Shown: positions 1 through 9,388 of the stretch, piece after piece
Position numbering within the stretch: the first letter of the stretch is position 1
Layout of the letters: every line of letters begins with the position of its first letter
Source of the DNA: Bacillota bacterium
GTDB lineage: Bacteria > Bacillota > Bacilli > Alicyclobacillales > SLC66
Reading direction: 5' to 3'
Length of the DNA stretch: 64,000 nt
Assembly (NCBI GenBank): GCA_026627345.1
Contig: JAPNUP010000084.1
Span: 4,325 to 68,324, forward strand
The notes under the pieces: model-generated
The model's database searches: none
The model's input: the letters and a program-made list of their open reading frames with translations, nothing else
What the model was told of the DNA's origin: nothing
Position numbers and translations under genes: made by a program

Positions 1-236
1 TACTCGTGCGCACGTGTGCGGACATTGAATGGCGCGGGTGTCACGTCTCGCGTCATGCCGTCTGCCGCACGCTTGACGGCGACTGTGCGCCCGCCTTCTT
101 GCGCCCTTCCTTCGAGCCAATAGAGATCGGACCCGTCGAACAGGGCCCCTTGCAAACTGACAGAACCTGCAATGATCAGATCAGGCGTAATCGGTGACTG
201 CCACGAACCGTATGATGCCTGCTGCCTTGTCGTCAT
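1..236 (-). CDS. S9 family peptidase (prolyl oligopeptidase/acylaminoacyl peptidase type), N-terminal fragment running off the window
   Basis: Minus-strand ATG at 236-234 with GGAGG about 10 nt upstream. Translation is MTTRQQASYGSWQSPITPDLIIAGSVSLQGALFDGSDLYWLEGRAQEGGR..., a typical N-terminus of beta-propeller S9 peptidases. It is open to position 1 and absent from the ORF track because no stop lies in the window. Confidence 0.5.
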   Translation of the reverse strand, partial: MTTRQQASYGSWQSPITPDLIIAGSVSLQGALFDGSDLYWLEGRAQEGGRTVAVKRAADGMTRDVTPAPFNVRTRAHE

Positions 237-335
237 AGCCTACGCGCCTCCAGAGAAAGAAATGGTAACGCCTCTATCGTAACACACTGTCTGTCATTCG
301 CGTGCGGTAACGCTCGAGTACGGTGAGGACTGCAG

Positions 336-2528
336 TCACTTGTCTAACACGCGCAGCTTGGTCAACTTTGGTTTGAGTTTTTTGGTGCCGTGGCGCGAGG
401 CAAACGTAATCTCGAGTTCCAATTCGTCACCTTCGCCGGTGAGGTCGGTGACGACACCTGACCCGAACTGCGGGTGGCGCACATGTATCCCCACATCCCA
501 GCGTGGTACGATCTGCAGATCGGACTTTGATGCCTCGAGTAACCCCTTTGGCAGTTCGTCGAGAAAGCGGGAAGGGTCGTTCATCTGCGTCTGCCCGAAT
601 AGGGAACGTTCAAAGCAGTACGAGAGATGCAATTTTTCCTGTGCACGCGTAATGGCGACATAACATAAGTTGCGCTCTTCCTCCACGCCTTCGAGAGAAT
701 CCATCGAGCGGGCGTGTGGGAATAGTGTTTCTTCCACACCTATGACGAATACGACTGGAAACTCGAGCCCCTTGGACGCGTGGACAGTCATCATGTGTAC
801 GGCGTTGTCTTTTGCGCCGCTTTCTTTGTCTGTGTCAGACAACAAGGAGGTCTCAGAGAGAAAATCCGCCAGCGTGCCATGTCGTCTTCGCCGGTCAAAC
901 GAGCGGGTGACCGTCAGTAACTCATCGATGTTCTCAAGGCGGTTTTGATCCTCTTCCTTGTGACTGCCGGCGTACATCTCGCGATACCCTGTGCGCGTGA
1001 GCACCAACTGCACGAACTCCGTCACCGTCAGCCCTTCTTGCATCGCTCGCAGGCCGGTCATGATCTGATATAGCTTAGCAGCTCCGTCTGCGGCCTTTGC
1101 GCCAAGCGAGGCGGTGAGTTCGGCCGCGGCGTCTGCCTCTGGGCCGGGCGCCTGCGGCTGGCCGATTCGCCCCATTGCTTCTAGTATCGAGAGATCCTTT
1201 TCATGCGCGAAGTCAAGTAAGCGGCGAATCGAGCCTTCACCGAGGTTTCGCTTCGGTACGTTGATCACGCGCAGGAGTGAAATCTCGTCTTCCGGATTCA
1301 CGAGCACCTTCAGATAAGCCATGACATCCTTGATTTCGCGACGATCGTAAAAAGTCATGCCACCAATGATTTTGTATGGAATGCCGGCTTGTAAGAAAGC
1401 ATCTTCTACCGCGCGCGACTGGGCATTGGCGCGATATAACACCGTGCAATCACGAAACGCCCCGCCTTTTCCGATGTGTTCCTGAACACTGGCTATGATG
1501 TAGACGGCTTCGTCTGTCTGATCGAGTGCTGCATACACGGAAATCTTATCGCCGGCGCCTTTGGCTGACCAGAGCGTTTTGTCTTTGCGGTTCTCATTGT
1601 TTCTAATGAGGGCGTTGGCAGCGTCTAAGATGGTGTTAGTGGAGCGATAATTTTGCTCCAATTTGATCACAGCCGCCTCTGGAAAATCGCGTTCAAAATT
1701 CAACATGATCGAGATGTCGGCACCGCGCCAGCGATAGATCGCTTGGTCCGTGTCACCGACCACGCAGAGATTGCGACTGGCTTTGGCGAGCAGGCCGATG
1801 AGCTTGTACTGCGCGCGGTTGGTGTCTTGATACTCGTCGACGTGGATGTACTTAAACTTTTGCTGGTAGGTTTCGAGCACCTCAGGATGATGTTCAAACA
1901 AATCCACAGTTTTGAAGATGAGGTCGTCAAAGTCCAGTGCATTGGCGCTTTTCAATCGTGCTTGATAGCCATGATAGACATCGGCTGCAATCGCGTCGAT
2001 CAGATTTTTCTTGCCACCGCGAGGCATGTCAAAAGGGCTAATCAGTTCATTTTTGGCGGCCGATATTTTCCACTGCACAGCAGCTGGATCGAACTTCTTG
2101 AGATCGAGGTTCAAATCGAGCATGCACTGTTTGATCGCGGATATCTGATCGTCCGCGTCGAGAATGGTAAAGGTGTGAGCAAGGCCGATATGTTCTGCTT
2201 CTCGCCGCAAGATTTTCACGCAAGCGGAGTGAAAAGTCGTCATCCAGATGTCCTGCGCGACATCGCCTACAAGCTTTTGCACGCGGTCATTCATTTCGCG
2301 CGCGGCTTTATTAGTGAACGTAATGGCGAGAATGTTCCAAGGCGCCACGCCCTCTTTGGCCAGCAGATAAGCAATGCGCCGCGTCATGACGCTGGTTTTT
2401 CCAGAGCCTGCGCCTGCAAGTATAAATAAAGGGCCTTGTGTCGTCTCGACTGCACGCTTTTGCTCTGGGTTAAGACCGTCTGTGATCGTGTCGATGGAGA
2501 TCTGTGGTGTCAAAAAAGCCTGCGTCAT
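336..2528 (-). CDS. pcrA: ATP-dependent DNA helicase PcrA (UvrD/Rep superfamily 1)
   Basis: 730 aa. Walker A AGAGSGKT, DEYQDT motif, QNYRS and VHASKGLEF motifs. GGAGGT RBS 7 nt upstream of the ATG. Confidence 0.93.
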   Translation of the reverse strand: MTQAFLTPQISIDTITDGLNPEQKRAVETTQGPLFILAGAGSGKTSVMTRRIAYLLAKEGVAPWNILAITFTNKAAREMNDRVQKLVGDVAQDIWMTTFHSACVKILRREAEHIGLAHTFTILDADDQISAIKQCMLDLNLDLKKFDPAAVQWKISAAKNELISPFDMPRGGKKNLIDAIAADVYHGYQARLKSANALDFDDLIFKTVDLFEHHPEVLETYQQKFKYIHVDEYQDTNRAQYKLIGLLAKASRNLCVVGDTDQAIYRWRGADISIMLNFERDFPEAAVIKLEQNYRSTNTILDAANALIRNNENRKDKTLWSAKGAGDKISVYAALDQTDEAVYIIASVQEHIGKGGAFRDCTVLYRANAQSRAVEDAFLQAGIPYKIIGGMTFYDRREIKDVMAYLKVLVNPEDEISLLRVINVPKRNLGEGSIRRLLDFAHEKDLSILEAMGRIGQPQAPGPEADAAAELTASLGAKAADGAAKLYQIMTGLRAMQEGLTVTEFVQLVLTRTGYREMYAGSHKEEDQNRLENIDELLTVTRSFDRRRRHGTLADFLSETSLLSDTDKESGAKDNAVHMMTVHASKGLEFPVVFVIGVEETLFPHARSMDSLEGVEEERNLCYVAITRAQEKLHLSYCFERSLFGQTQMNDPSRFLDELPKGLLEASKSDLQIVPRWDVGIHVRHPQFGSGVVTDLTGEGDELELEITFASRHGTKKLKPKLTKLRVLDK

Positions 2529-2702
2529 AGGTGTGACCTCCGAGAAAAGACATGCGCGGTCGCCGTGAATCTACTTTCCTTCGCGACGGGGACTTTCAGA
2601 GTATCACGGAAAGCGTGTGATAGGAAGGGGTTCCGCTGTTGTCCCTTACCCTTGTGAACAGCAGTCATACGCTGTTACTAAGGGAAAAAGGAGGTGAAAC
2701 GC

Positions 2703-2990
2703 ATGGTCACGGGATTCATGATGTACGCGCTGTGGTTGGTACTCATCGTGATCGGTTTGAACGTTCTAGTAGGGGCCATTCGCGCGGTGGTGCGTGACCA
2801 GTTTGACACGGACGTCTTTCCGCGTTATTTGACCACTGCCATCTTGGGCGGCGTCTTGCCGCTGCTCGTTCTTGCCCATCTGCGTTACATCGATCCATCC
2901 GGTTGGCTGATCTTGCTGTTTTACTACGTGAGCGCGATCGGCCTTTTTGTCAAGTATTTACTCGATTTGCTACGCAAGATCAAGCGCTAG
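2703..2990 (+). CDS. small integral membrane protein, function unknown
   Basis: About 95 aa with 3 predicted hydrophobic helices. AAAGGAGG at 2687-2694 lies 8 nt before ATG 2703. The track's GTG 2694 sits inside the RBS and is unlikely to be the start. Confidence 0.6.
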   Translation: MVTGFMMYALWLVLIVIGLNVLVGAIRAVVRDQFDTDVFPRYLTTAILGGVLPLLVLAHLRYIDPSGWLILLFYYVSAIGLFVKYLLDLLRKIKR

Positions 2991-3120
2991 AAGATTGGCG
3001 CGTGCAACGAGGGTAAACCCAAGACCGCTTGCAGGGGGACTGGGTATATCCTCGTTTTTTGCTGCGCGCTATCAGGGGAATGAATATGACAAAAAAGTTA
3101 CAAGAGACTCTAGTAACCAC

Positions 3121-3149
3121 TTGACACGGGATTGTGGGTGTTATATTCT
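3121..3149 (+). promoter_or_regulatory. sigma-A-type promoter candidate for the SBP/transporter operon
   Basis: TTGACA (3121-3126), 17-bp spacer, TATTCT (3144-3149). It lies about 290 nt upstream of the SBP start. Confidence 0.45.
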
Positions 3150-3439
3150 ATGGTCAATTATTTAATAAAGGTTATAAACTAATAGGCGACCAGGGTGTGA
3201 AGGTCGTTTTTATTACCACCGTTTTGATAACGCTTTCTCGAAGCGTCGCAAGCGGATCTGGTAAGGAGGTGGTGGGGTCGCAAAAAGGGCGGTGCCACTG
3301 TGGACGCAGGCATATATGCTCCTACAGAGAGCGCAGGTCTGTGCACGGAGTGCAGTACACCCCACATGAAAGCGGTTGCCGCCAGCAGATGGATGGCTAA
3401 CCAGACAGATCGAAAGCATCTCGAAAGGGTGGTTAATAG

Positions 3440-5485
3440 ATGAAAAGAATATTGAATAAAGCCTCACTTGCAGCTTCCGTCATCATGGGAGCGGGCATTA
3501 TCGGTGCAGCGCTCGCGGGCATCGCGCCGGCATCTGCCATGGCAGCCAGCAATGTCGTGACCATTCCAGAACCGCCGATCTCGAGCCTTGACCCGACCCA
3601 GTGGGGTGGACAGATCCTGCTCGATCAAGGGACTGTACTCGAAGGCTTATATGGCTATAACAGCAACAACCAGATTGAAGCGAAAATTGCCTCTGGTTAC
3701 AAAGTGTCTGACGGCGGTCGCGTCTGGACGATTTACCTGCGTCACAACGCCAAATGGTCGAACGGCAAGCCGGTCACAGCGCAAGATTTCTACTATGCGT
3801 GGATGCGCTTAGCGTCTCCTGCTGACTCGACCGGTGCCCTGTGGGCCGGCGTGATGAGCAACGTCGTGAACGCATGGGCTTATCATGCAGGCTCTGCAAG
3901 CGCTAGCATGGTTGGGCTGAAAGTGCTTAACCCTTATGCGCTGCAGATCACTTTGGGTGAACCGCAAGATATCCTCGGTCAGTTGGCGATCACAGGCTCC
4001 ATGCCGCTCTATCCACCGGCTGTAGAAGCGCATCCAAACAACTGGTATCTTCCACAGTACTTCGTTGGTGATGGCCCTTATGTTGTCAAATCCTTTGTGC
4101 CAAACGGTCAGATCACCTTGACGCGTAACCCGCATTATGTCGGCGCGCCTAAAGAAGTGAACGTCGGCAACGTCTCGCAGATCAACGTGATTCCAGCGCC
4201 GACCGTTCCGCTCGAAGATTACCTGGCCAATAAACTGTCGGTCGCCCTCATCGGCAACCCGTCTGACTACCAGTACATTAAGACGCACCCGGCCTTGAAA
4301 TCGCAAGTGCATATTCAGCCGCAGTACAATGTGACGTTCCTTGAATACGACAAGTCGACCACAGCGTCTCCTGTGGACAATCCACTCGTGCGTGAAGCGG
4401 TCGCTATGGCCATCGACCGCACGCCGATTGCCAATAATGTGCTAAACGGTATGGCAGAACCCGCCTTTGCTTTCGGCCCTCCGTCTCTGGGACCGACCAA
4501 GTATGAGCATGCACTGCCGTACAATGTAACAGCTGCGCGGGCACTGCTTGCGAAAGCTGGGTATCCAAATGGCAAAGGCATCCCGACCTTGCAGCTGTAT
4601 TGCCAAACTGTGGCTAACAGCCCATCGTCGGTAGCCGTCGCAGAAGCCATTCAACAAGAACTGAAGCAAGCGCTGAACATCAACTTCAAGATCGACCCGA
4701 CTGCCGCTACCTTATGGGGGGCAATCACATGGGAAGGTCTGAACGCAGGCGTTCAACCGGGCTTTAACATCGGCCAAGGTGTGATCAACTGGAATGCAGC
4801 GTCCAATCTGACCATGCAAGCGAACCAGTTTGTCGGTGATCCCGGCACCATGGGGCCGGCCTCGTACAGGGAGCACGTCTCTGACTGGTACTTCCCAACA
4901 TACGACCCATCTGGTGTGTCCGCATATGGCAATCCGAACGATGCTACTGAGGGAACAACATGGTCTAGTATGCAGAAAATCCAGGCCTCTGTGATTAAGG
5001 ACAACGCGTACTTGACCGCGTGGTTCAAGCGTCAACCGGCTCTCTATCAACAGCTCAATGCGGCGCAACCTGGGAACACGACGATGGATCTCTGGGCCAA
5101 CCTCGTTTCCGAGTGGAAAAAAGCCAGCACGCCTGCCGCGAAACATGCAGTGTGGGTGAGCGCCTGGAAATTTGTCAGCAACTACAGTGAAGGTGACGGT
5201 TCTACCAGTGTTGGTCTTGATGGTCAAGTGTACCAAGACCAACACGAAACGAAAGCACAGTATGATGCGACCATCTGGGGCAACGAACTGAATGCTGCGA
5301 CGACTGCGCAGCAGGAGAATACGCTCGCATCGAAGATTGACAACCTGCTCATGAGCCAAGGCTATGTGACACCGCTGGTCATGAACGAAAGCATCTTCCT
5401 CGAGAAACCGAATGTAACCGGCACCGTTACCAATCCTTGGAGCTGGAACAACATCTATCAATTGCAGTACATCAGCGTCAAGTAA
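3440..5485 (+). CDS. ABC transporter substrate-binding protein, family 5 (peptide/nickel/oligosaccharide type), unusually long
   Basis: 681 aa. N-terminal signal/anchor MKRILNKASLAASVIMGAGIIGAALAGIAPASA with no lipobox Cys. Family-5 SBP-like body. RBS AAGGGTGG. Confidence 0.88.
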   Translation: MKRILNKASLAASVIMGAGIIGAALAGIAPASAMAASNVVTIPEPPISSLDPTQWGGQILLDQGTVLEGLYGYNSNNQIEAKIASGYKVSDGGRVWTIYLRHNAKWSNGKPVTAQDFYYAWMRLASPADSTGALWAGVMSNVVNAWAYHAGSASASMVGLKVLNPYALQITLGEPQDILGQLAITGSMPLYPPAVEAHPNNWYLPQYFVGDGPYVVKSFVPNGQITLTRNPHYVGAPKEVNVGNVSQINVIPAPTVPLEDYLANKLSVALIGNPSDYQYIKTHPALKSQVHIQPQYNVTFLEYDKSTTASPVDNPLVREAVAMAIDRTPIANNVLNGMAEPAFAFGPPSLGPTKYEHALPYNVTAARALLAKAGYPNGKGIPTLQLYCQTVANSPSSVAVAEAIQQELKQALNINFKIDPTAATLWGAITWEGLNAGVQPGFNIGQGVINWNAASNLTMQANQFVGDPGTMGPASYREHVSDWYFPTYDPSGVSAYGNPNDATEGTTWSSMQKIQASVIKDNAYLTAWFKRQPALYQQLNAAQPGNTTMDLWANLVSEWKKASTPAAKHAVWVSAWKFVSNYSEGDGSTSVGLDGQVYQDQHETKAQYDATIWGNELNAATTAQQENTLASKIDNLLMSQGYVTPLVMNESIFLEKPNVTGTVTNPWSWNNIYQLQYISVK

Positions 5486-5544
5486 GGGAGTCAATCGCCG
5501 TCGGACCACTCCGGTCCGACGGCCCTCATTGAGGAGGGGAAGGC

Positions 5545-6510
5545 GTGGGGATTCTCAAGTACCTGGTTAAGCGCATCATCAGTATCATCATTACGACATC
5601 CGCCATCATAGCCGTGGGTTATACACTCATGAACCTCGCTCCAGGCAGTTTCTTCAGTTCTTCGACGATCGCGGCGCAGATGGGCCAACTGGCCGTCACT
5701 GACCCGAAGCTTGTGCAGGAGTACGAGCACATGTTCGAAGCGCGGTATGGACTCAATCAACCCTTATGGGAGCAGATTCTCAAGTATATTTGGCACTCTT
5801 TCACCTTTAACTTCGGGAATTCATTTGAAAATCCGTCAACACCGATTATGACCCAGCTTCACACAGCCTTTCCGATTAGCTTTGAACTGGCGCTCGGAGC
5901 GGTCGTACTCGCCATCTTGATCGGGATACCTTTGGGAGTCGTGGCTGCCCTCAAGCGCAATACCTGGGTCGACCAATTCCTGACGACGATCTCTCTCGCC
6001 GGACAGGCGGTTCCTGCTTTCGTCATCGCTGCGATCTTGGTGTTGCTGTTTGGCGTCTGGTGGCAAGGCGTCCTGCCTGTCAACGGTTGGGGGCAGTGGC
6101 AAGACGCGATATTGCCTATCGTTGCACTAGGCATCGGCAATATCGGTTCGATTACGCGGTATATGCGCGGAAGTCTGATCGAGGCGCTGCGGCAAGATCA
6201 CATCCGCACCGCCGAAGCGAAAGGTGTGCGCTTCTGGCCGATCGTGATCAAGCATGCGATGCGTAACTCCATGACTGCACTGATTACGGTGATTGGTCCG
6301 ATGTTCGCCTTTACCGTAGTCGGGACGATTTGGGTGGAACAGATTTTCTCCATCCCAGGCATGGGTTCGCTGATGGCGCCTGCTTTTCAGTCGGACGACT
6401 TTCCACTCGCCATGTCTGAGATCTATATTCTTTGTCTGTTGGTCATGCTGATGAACCTCGTCGTGGATCTCGGCTATGCATTCTTTGATCCGCGCGTGAA
6501 ACTCGAGTAG
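5545..6510 (+). CDS. ABC transporter permease (OppB/DppB type)
   Basis: 321 aa, multi-TM, with an EAA-like loop (TRYMRGSLIEALRQDHIRTAEAKG). GAGGAGGGG RBS before the GTG. Confidence 0.9.
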   Translation: MGILKYLVKRIISIIITTSAIIAVGYTLMNLAPGSFFSSSTIAAQMGQLAVTDPKLVQEYEHMFEARYGLNQPLWEQILKYIWHSFTFNFGNSFENPSTPIMTQLHTAFPISFELALGAVVLAILIGIPLGVVAALKRNTWVDQFLTTISLAGQAVPAFVIAAILVLLFGVWWQGVLPVNGWGQWQDAILPIVALGIGNIGSITRYMRGSLIEALRQDHIRTAEAKGVRFWPIVIKHAMRNSMTALITVIGPMFAFTVVGTIWVEQIFSIPGMGSLMAPAFQSDDFPLAMSEIYILCLLVMLMNLVVDLGYAFFDPRVKLE

Positions 6511-6526
6511 CAGGGGGGTTGCAGAT

Positions 6527-7417
6527 ATGGCAGTCGCATCGATGCCGACGAGTTCGGCGACAGCATCTCCTCGGCGGCGTTCCCAATTAGGGATGGCTTG
6601 GCGTCGCTATCGGCGCAACTGGTTGGCTGTCGCAGGGCTAGTCTGGGTGATCTTGTTTCTCATTATCGGCATCATCGGTCCGTGGATTGCGCCATACAGC
6701 TACCAAGCCACGGACTTTTTGAATGCGAATCAAGGACCGACCTGGCAGCACATTTTCGGTACCGATAATCTGGGTCACGATATGTTCAGCGAGATTCTGT
6801 GGAGTGTGCAAAATGCACTCGAGATCGCATTTGGCGCCACGCTTATCAGCTTTGTCGTGGGCGTCATTTTGGGGCTCTGGGCGGGACTAAAAGGCGGCGC
6901 AGCCGACATGTTCGTCATGCGCTTGGTCGATTTCATGTTTGCATTCCCTACCTTTTTTATGGATTTGATTCTCGTTACCAAGTTTGGACGGGGCATGGGA
7001 CCCATCTTATTTGCCATCGGCATTACGGGTTGGGCCGGTTATGCCAGGCTGATCCGCAGTTTGGTGCTAGGGATGCGAAACGGCGAAATGGTCGAGGCGG
7101 CAACAGCGCTTGGTGCAACGCAGTGGCATATCATGCGTCGCTACTTATTTCCGAATGTCATGAACAGCATGCTCGTCGCACTTGCGTTTGGCATTCCTGG
7201 CGACTTGACGGTGATGGCCGGTCTTAGCGTAGTAGGCATGGGCCTGCGCCCACCGCTGCCGAGTTTCGGTAACATGATCGCGGCAGCTGGTGGTAATATG
7301 CTCGGATATCCGTGGCTGATGTACTTTCCGGCCGGTATTTTTGCCATTACGCTGCTCGCATTTCTCTTTGTGGCGGACGGCTTGCAAGAGGCTTTGAACC
7401 CGAAAGGAGGATTCTAA
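6527..7417 (+). CDS. ABC transporter permease (OppC/DppC type)
   Basis: 296 aa with the OppC-type N-terminal motif (GTDNLGHDMFSE) and multiple TM helices. Its stop overlaps the next start (TAATG). Confidence 0.9.
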   Translation: MAVASMPTSSATASPRRRSQLGMAWRRYRRNWLAVAGLVWVILFLIIGIIGPWIAPYSYQATDFLNANQGPTWQHIFGTDNLGHDMFSEILWSVQNALEIAFGATLISFVVGVILGLWAGLKGGAADMFVMRLVDFMFAFPTFFMDLILVTKFGRGMGPILFAIGITGWAGYARLIRSLVLGMRNGEMVEAATALGATQWHIMRRYLFPNVMNSMLVALAFGIPGDLTVMAGLSVVGMGLRPPLPSFGNMIAAAGGNMLGYPWLMYFPAGIFAITLLAFLFVADGLQEALNPKGGF

Positions 7418-8403
7418 TGGCGGACGCACTACTGACTGTCGAGAACCTCCATACGGAGTTTACGCGCCAAGAAGATGTGATCTACGCAGTCAACGGCGTG
7501 AGTTTCAGCGTGGCGCCAGGTGAGACGCTTGGTATCGTCGGAGAGAGTGGCTCAGGAAAGTCTGTATCTGTGCTCTCCGTGCTCGGGCTTTTACGCGGCA
7601 GTGGCAAGGTGACGCAGGGGTCTGCCAAATTCGAAGGTACTGAGTTGCTCAAACTAAAGCGCCGGCAGCTGGAAGATATTCGCGGACGCGACATCGGTGT
7701 GATCTTTCAGGACCCGATGACGAGTCTGAATCCGACCATGCGCATCGGTGATCAGATCATGGAGGGTATGCTCACTCACCATTACGCCAGTCGCAAGGCA
7801 GCCTACAACCGGACAATCGATTTGCTGACAGAAGTGGGTATACCTGAGCCCACCTCGCGTTTTCGCAACTACCCATTCGAATTTTCCGGCGGCATGCGCC
7901 AGCGCGTCATGATCGCGATGGCAATCGCTTGTGAACCGCAGCTGTTGATTGCGGATGAACCCACGACCGCACTGGATGTGACCGTGCAGATGCAGGTGCT
8001 TGCGTTGCTACAAAAGCTGCGTCAAAAGAGTCGCATGAGTGTCGTCATTATCACGCATGACTTTGGGGTGGCTACGAACTTTTGCGACCGCATCATGGTC
8101 ATGTACGCAGGCAAGGTGATGGAGAGCGCGCCGCTCGAAGAGTTTTTGAAACGTCCGGCGCATCCCTATACGATCGGGTTGAAAGCCTCTATTATCGAAG
8201 TCGGCCAAAGCAATCGCGTCTTACAGCCGATACCAGGTACGACACAGCAACTGACAGAGCCGCCTAGGGCTTGTCCGTTTGTGGATCGTTGTGCATTCGC
8301 GCAAGATGCGTGTCATGAAGAGTTGCCGGAACTGCGATCGATAGGATCGGATCACTTGGTTGCGTGTCTGCGCGCAGAGGAGGTTATGAGTCATGCCGGA
8401 TGA
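7417..8403 (+). CDS. ABC transporter ATP-binding protein (OppD/DppD type)
   Basis: Walker A GESGSGKS, signature FSGGMRQR, Walker [13 protein letters not shown], and a C-terminal oligopeptide-type Cys motif. AAAGGAGG upstream. Start 7417 is chosen over the longer track ORF that begins at 7312. Confidence 0.9.
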   Translation: MADALLTVENLHTEFTRQEDVIYAVNGVSFSVAPGETLGIVGESGSGKSVSVLSVLGLLRGSGKVTQGSAKFEGTELLKLKRRQLEDIRGRDIGVIFQDPMTSLNPTMRIGDQIMEGMLTHHYASRKAAYNRTIDLLTEVGIPEPTSRFRNYPFEFSGGMRQRVMIAMAIACEPQLLIADEPTTALDVTVQMQVLALLQKLRQKSRMSVVIITHDFGVATNFCDRIMVMYAGKVMESAPLEEFLKRPAHPYTIGLKASIIEVGQSNRVLQPIPGTTQQLTEPPRACPFVDRCAFAQDACHEELPELRSIGSDHLVACLRAEEVMSHAG

Positions 8404-9349
8404 ACCATTGCTGCGCGTAGAAGAAGTATCCAAGCACTTTAAAGTTCGTGGGCGCACACTACACGCGGTTGAGCGTGTTTCGTTTGAACTCGATGCCGGT
8501 CAGACGCTAGGGCTCGTCGGAGAAAGTGGCTCCGGCAAATCGACACTAGGGCGTGTGGCGCTACGCTTGCTAGAGGCGGACGCCGGGCGTGTAGTCTTTC
8601 AAGGGCGGGATATCGCCAAGTTGTCCAGCAAAGAGTTGCGCCAGGAGCGGCGACATATGCAGATCATCTTTCAGGATCCGCTCGCGTCGTTAAATAGCCG
8701 GATGACAGTCGGTGCGGCGATCGAAGACGCCATGATCATTCAAGGTGTAGGCACGCGGGCTGAACGGCGTAAACACGTGGATGAATTGCTCGAACGCGTT
8801 GGATTGCCGCTTAGTGCTGGAAACGCTTTCCCGTTTGAATTGTCAGGAGGGCAACAGCAGCGCGTCGGGATTGCGCGCGCGCTTGCCGTGAAGCCCAAGC
8901 TAGTCGTGTGCGACGAACCGATCTCCGCGCTTGATGTCTCGATTCAGGTGCAGATCATCGATCTACTCAAAGACCTGCAAAAAGAGATGAATCTCGCTTA
9001 TATCTTTATCTCTCACAATTTGGGTGTCGTACAGTATTTGAGCGATCGCGTCATGGTGCTGTACCTTGGCGAAGTTGTGGAGCAAGGGACGGCACAAGAC
9101 CTGTTTGCCGATCCGCAGCATCCGTACACGCGCGTACTCATCGATTCTATTTTGAAAATCCCAGAGTCCAGTGCAGAGCGGCGTCCGATGACTGGCCTTC
9201 CGGGCGAAATGCCTTCGCCTTTCTCGCCACCAGTCGGTTGTCCTTTTCATCCACGTTGCGCGTTGGCCCAAGATCGATGCAGTGCAGAAAAGCCGCAGAT
9301 GCGTGCAGTGGCCGACGGTCACCTGGCGGCTTGTCATTTTGCAGGGTGA
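8393..9349 (+). CDS. ABC transporter ATP-binding protein (OppF/DppF type)
   Basis: [44 protein letters not shown]. 11-nt overlap with the upstream gene. Confidence 0.9.
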   Translation: MPDEPLLRVEEVSKHFKVRGRTLHAVERVSFELDAGQTLGLVGESGSGKSTLGRVALRLLEADAGRVVFQGRDIAKLSSKELRQERRHMQIIFQDPLASLNSRMTVGAAIEDAMIIQGVGTRAERRKHVDELLERVGLPLSAGNAFPFELSGGQQQRVGIARALAVKPKLVVCDEPISALDVSIQVQIIDLLKDLQKEMNLAYIFISHNLGVVQYLSDRVMVLYLGEVVEQGTAQDLFADPQHPYTRVLIDSILKIPESSAERRPMTGLPGEMPSPFSPPVGCPFHPRCALAQDRCSAEKPQMRAVADGHLAACHFAG

Positions 9350-9388
9350 ATGAGCTTCGATCAGTGTCTTGGCAAAGGGGGTGAGTGT

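Noticed and set aside
6-197. Plus-strand 63-aa ORF at the left edge
   Set aside because: The opposite strand encodes a far more protein-like S9-peptidase N-terminus with an RBS. The plus ORF is Cys/Arg-rich and has no RBS.
1653-2429. 258-aa ORF antisense to pcrA. Similar long antisense ORFs lie at 4712-5509, 12010-12546, 20141-20674, 50762-51433 and 51456-52190.
   Set aside because: Each lies wholly inside, or overlaps out of frame with, well-supported genes. They lack RBSs and have Arg/His/Cys-rich compositions typical of shadow ORFs in GC-rich DNA.
3270-3340. Cobalamin or c-di-GMP-I riboswitch in the SBP leader (GCCACUG, GGUAAGG and GGACGCAGGC segments)
   Set aside because: Only short fragments resemble the conserved cores. 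No B12 box and no GGCAAACC/ACGCAAAGCC pair could be aligned by eye. I kept it as an unclassified structured leader.
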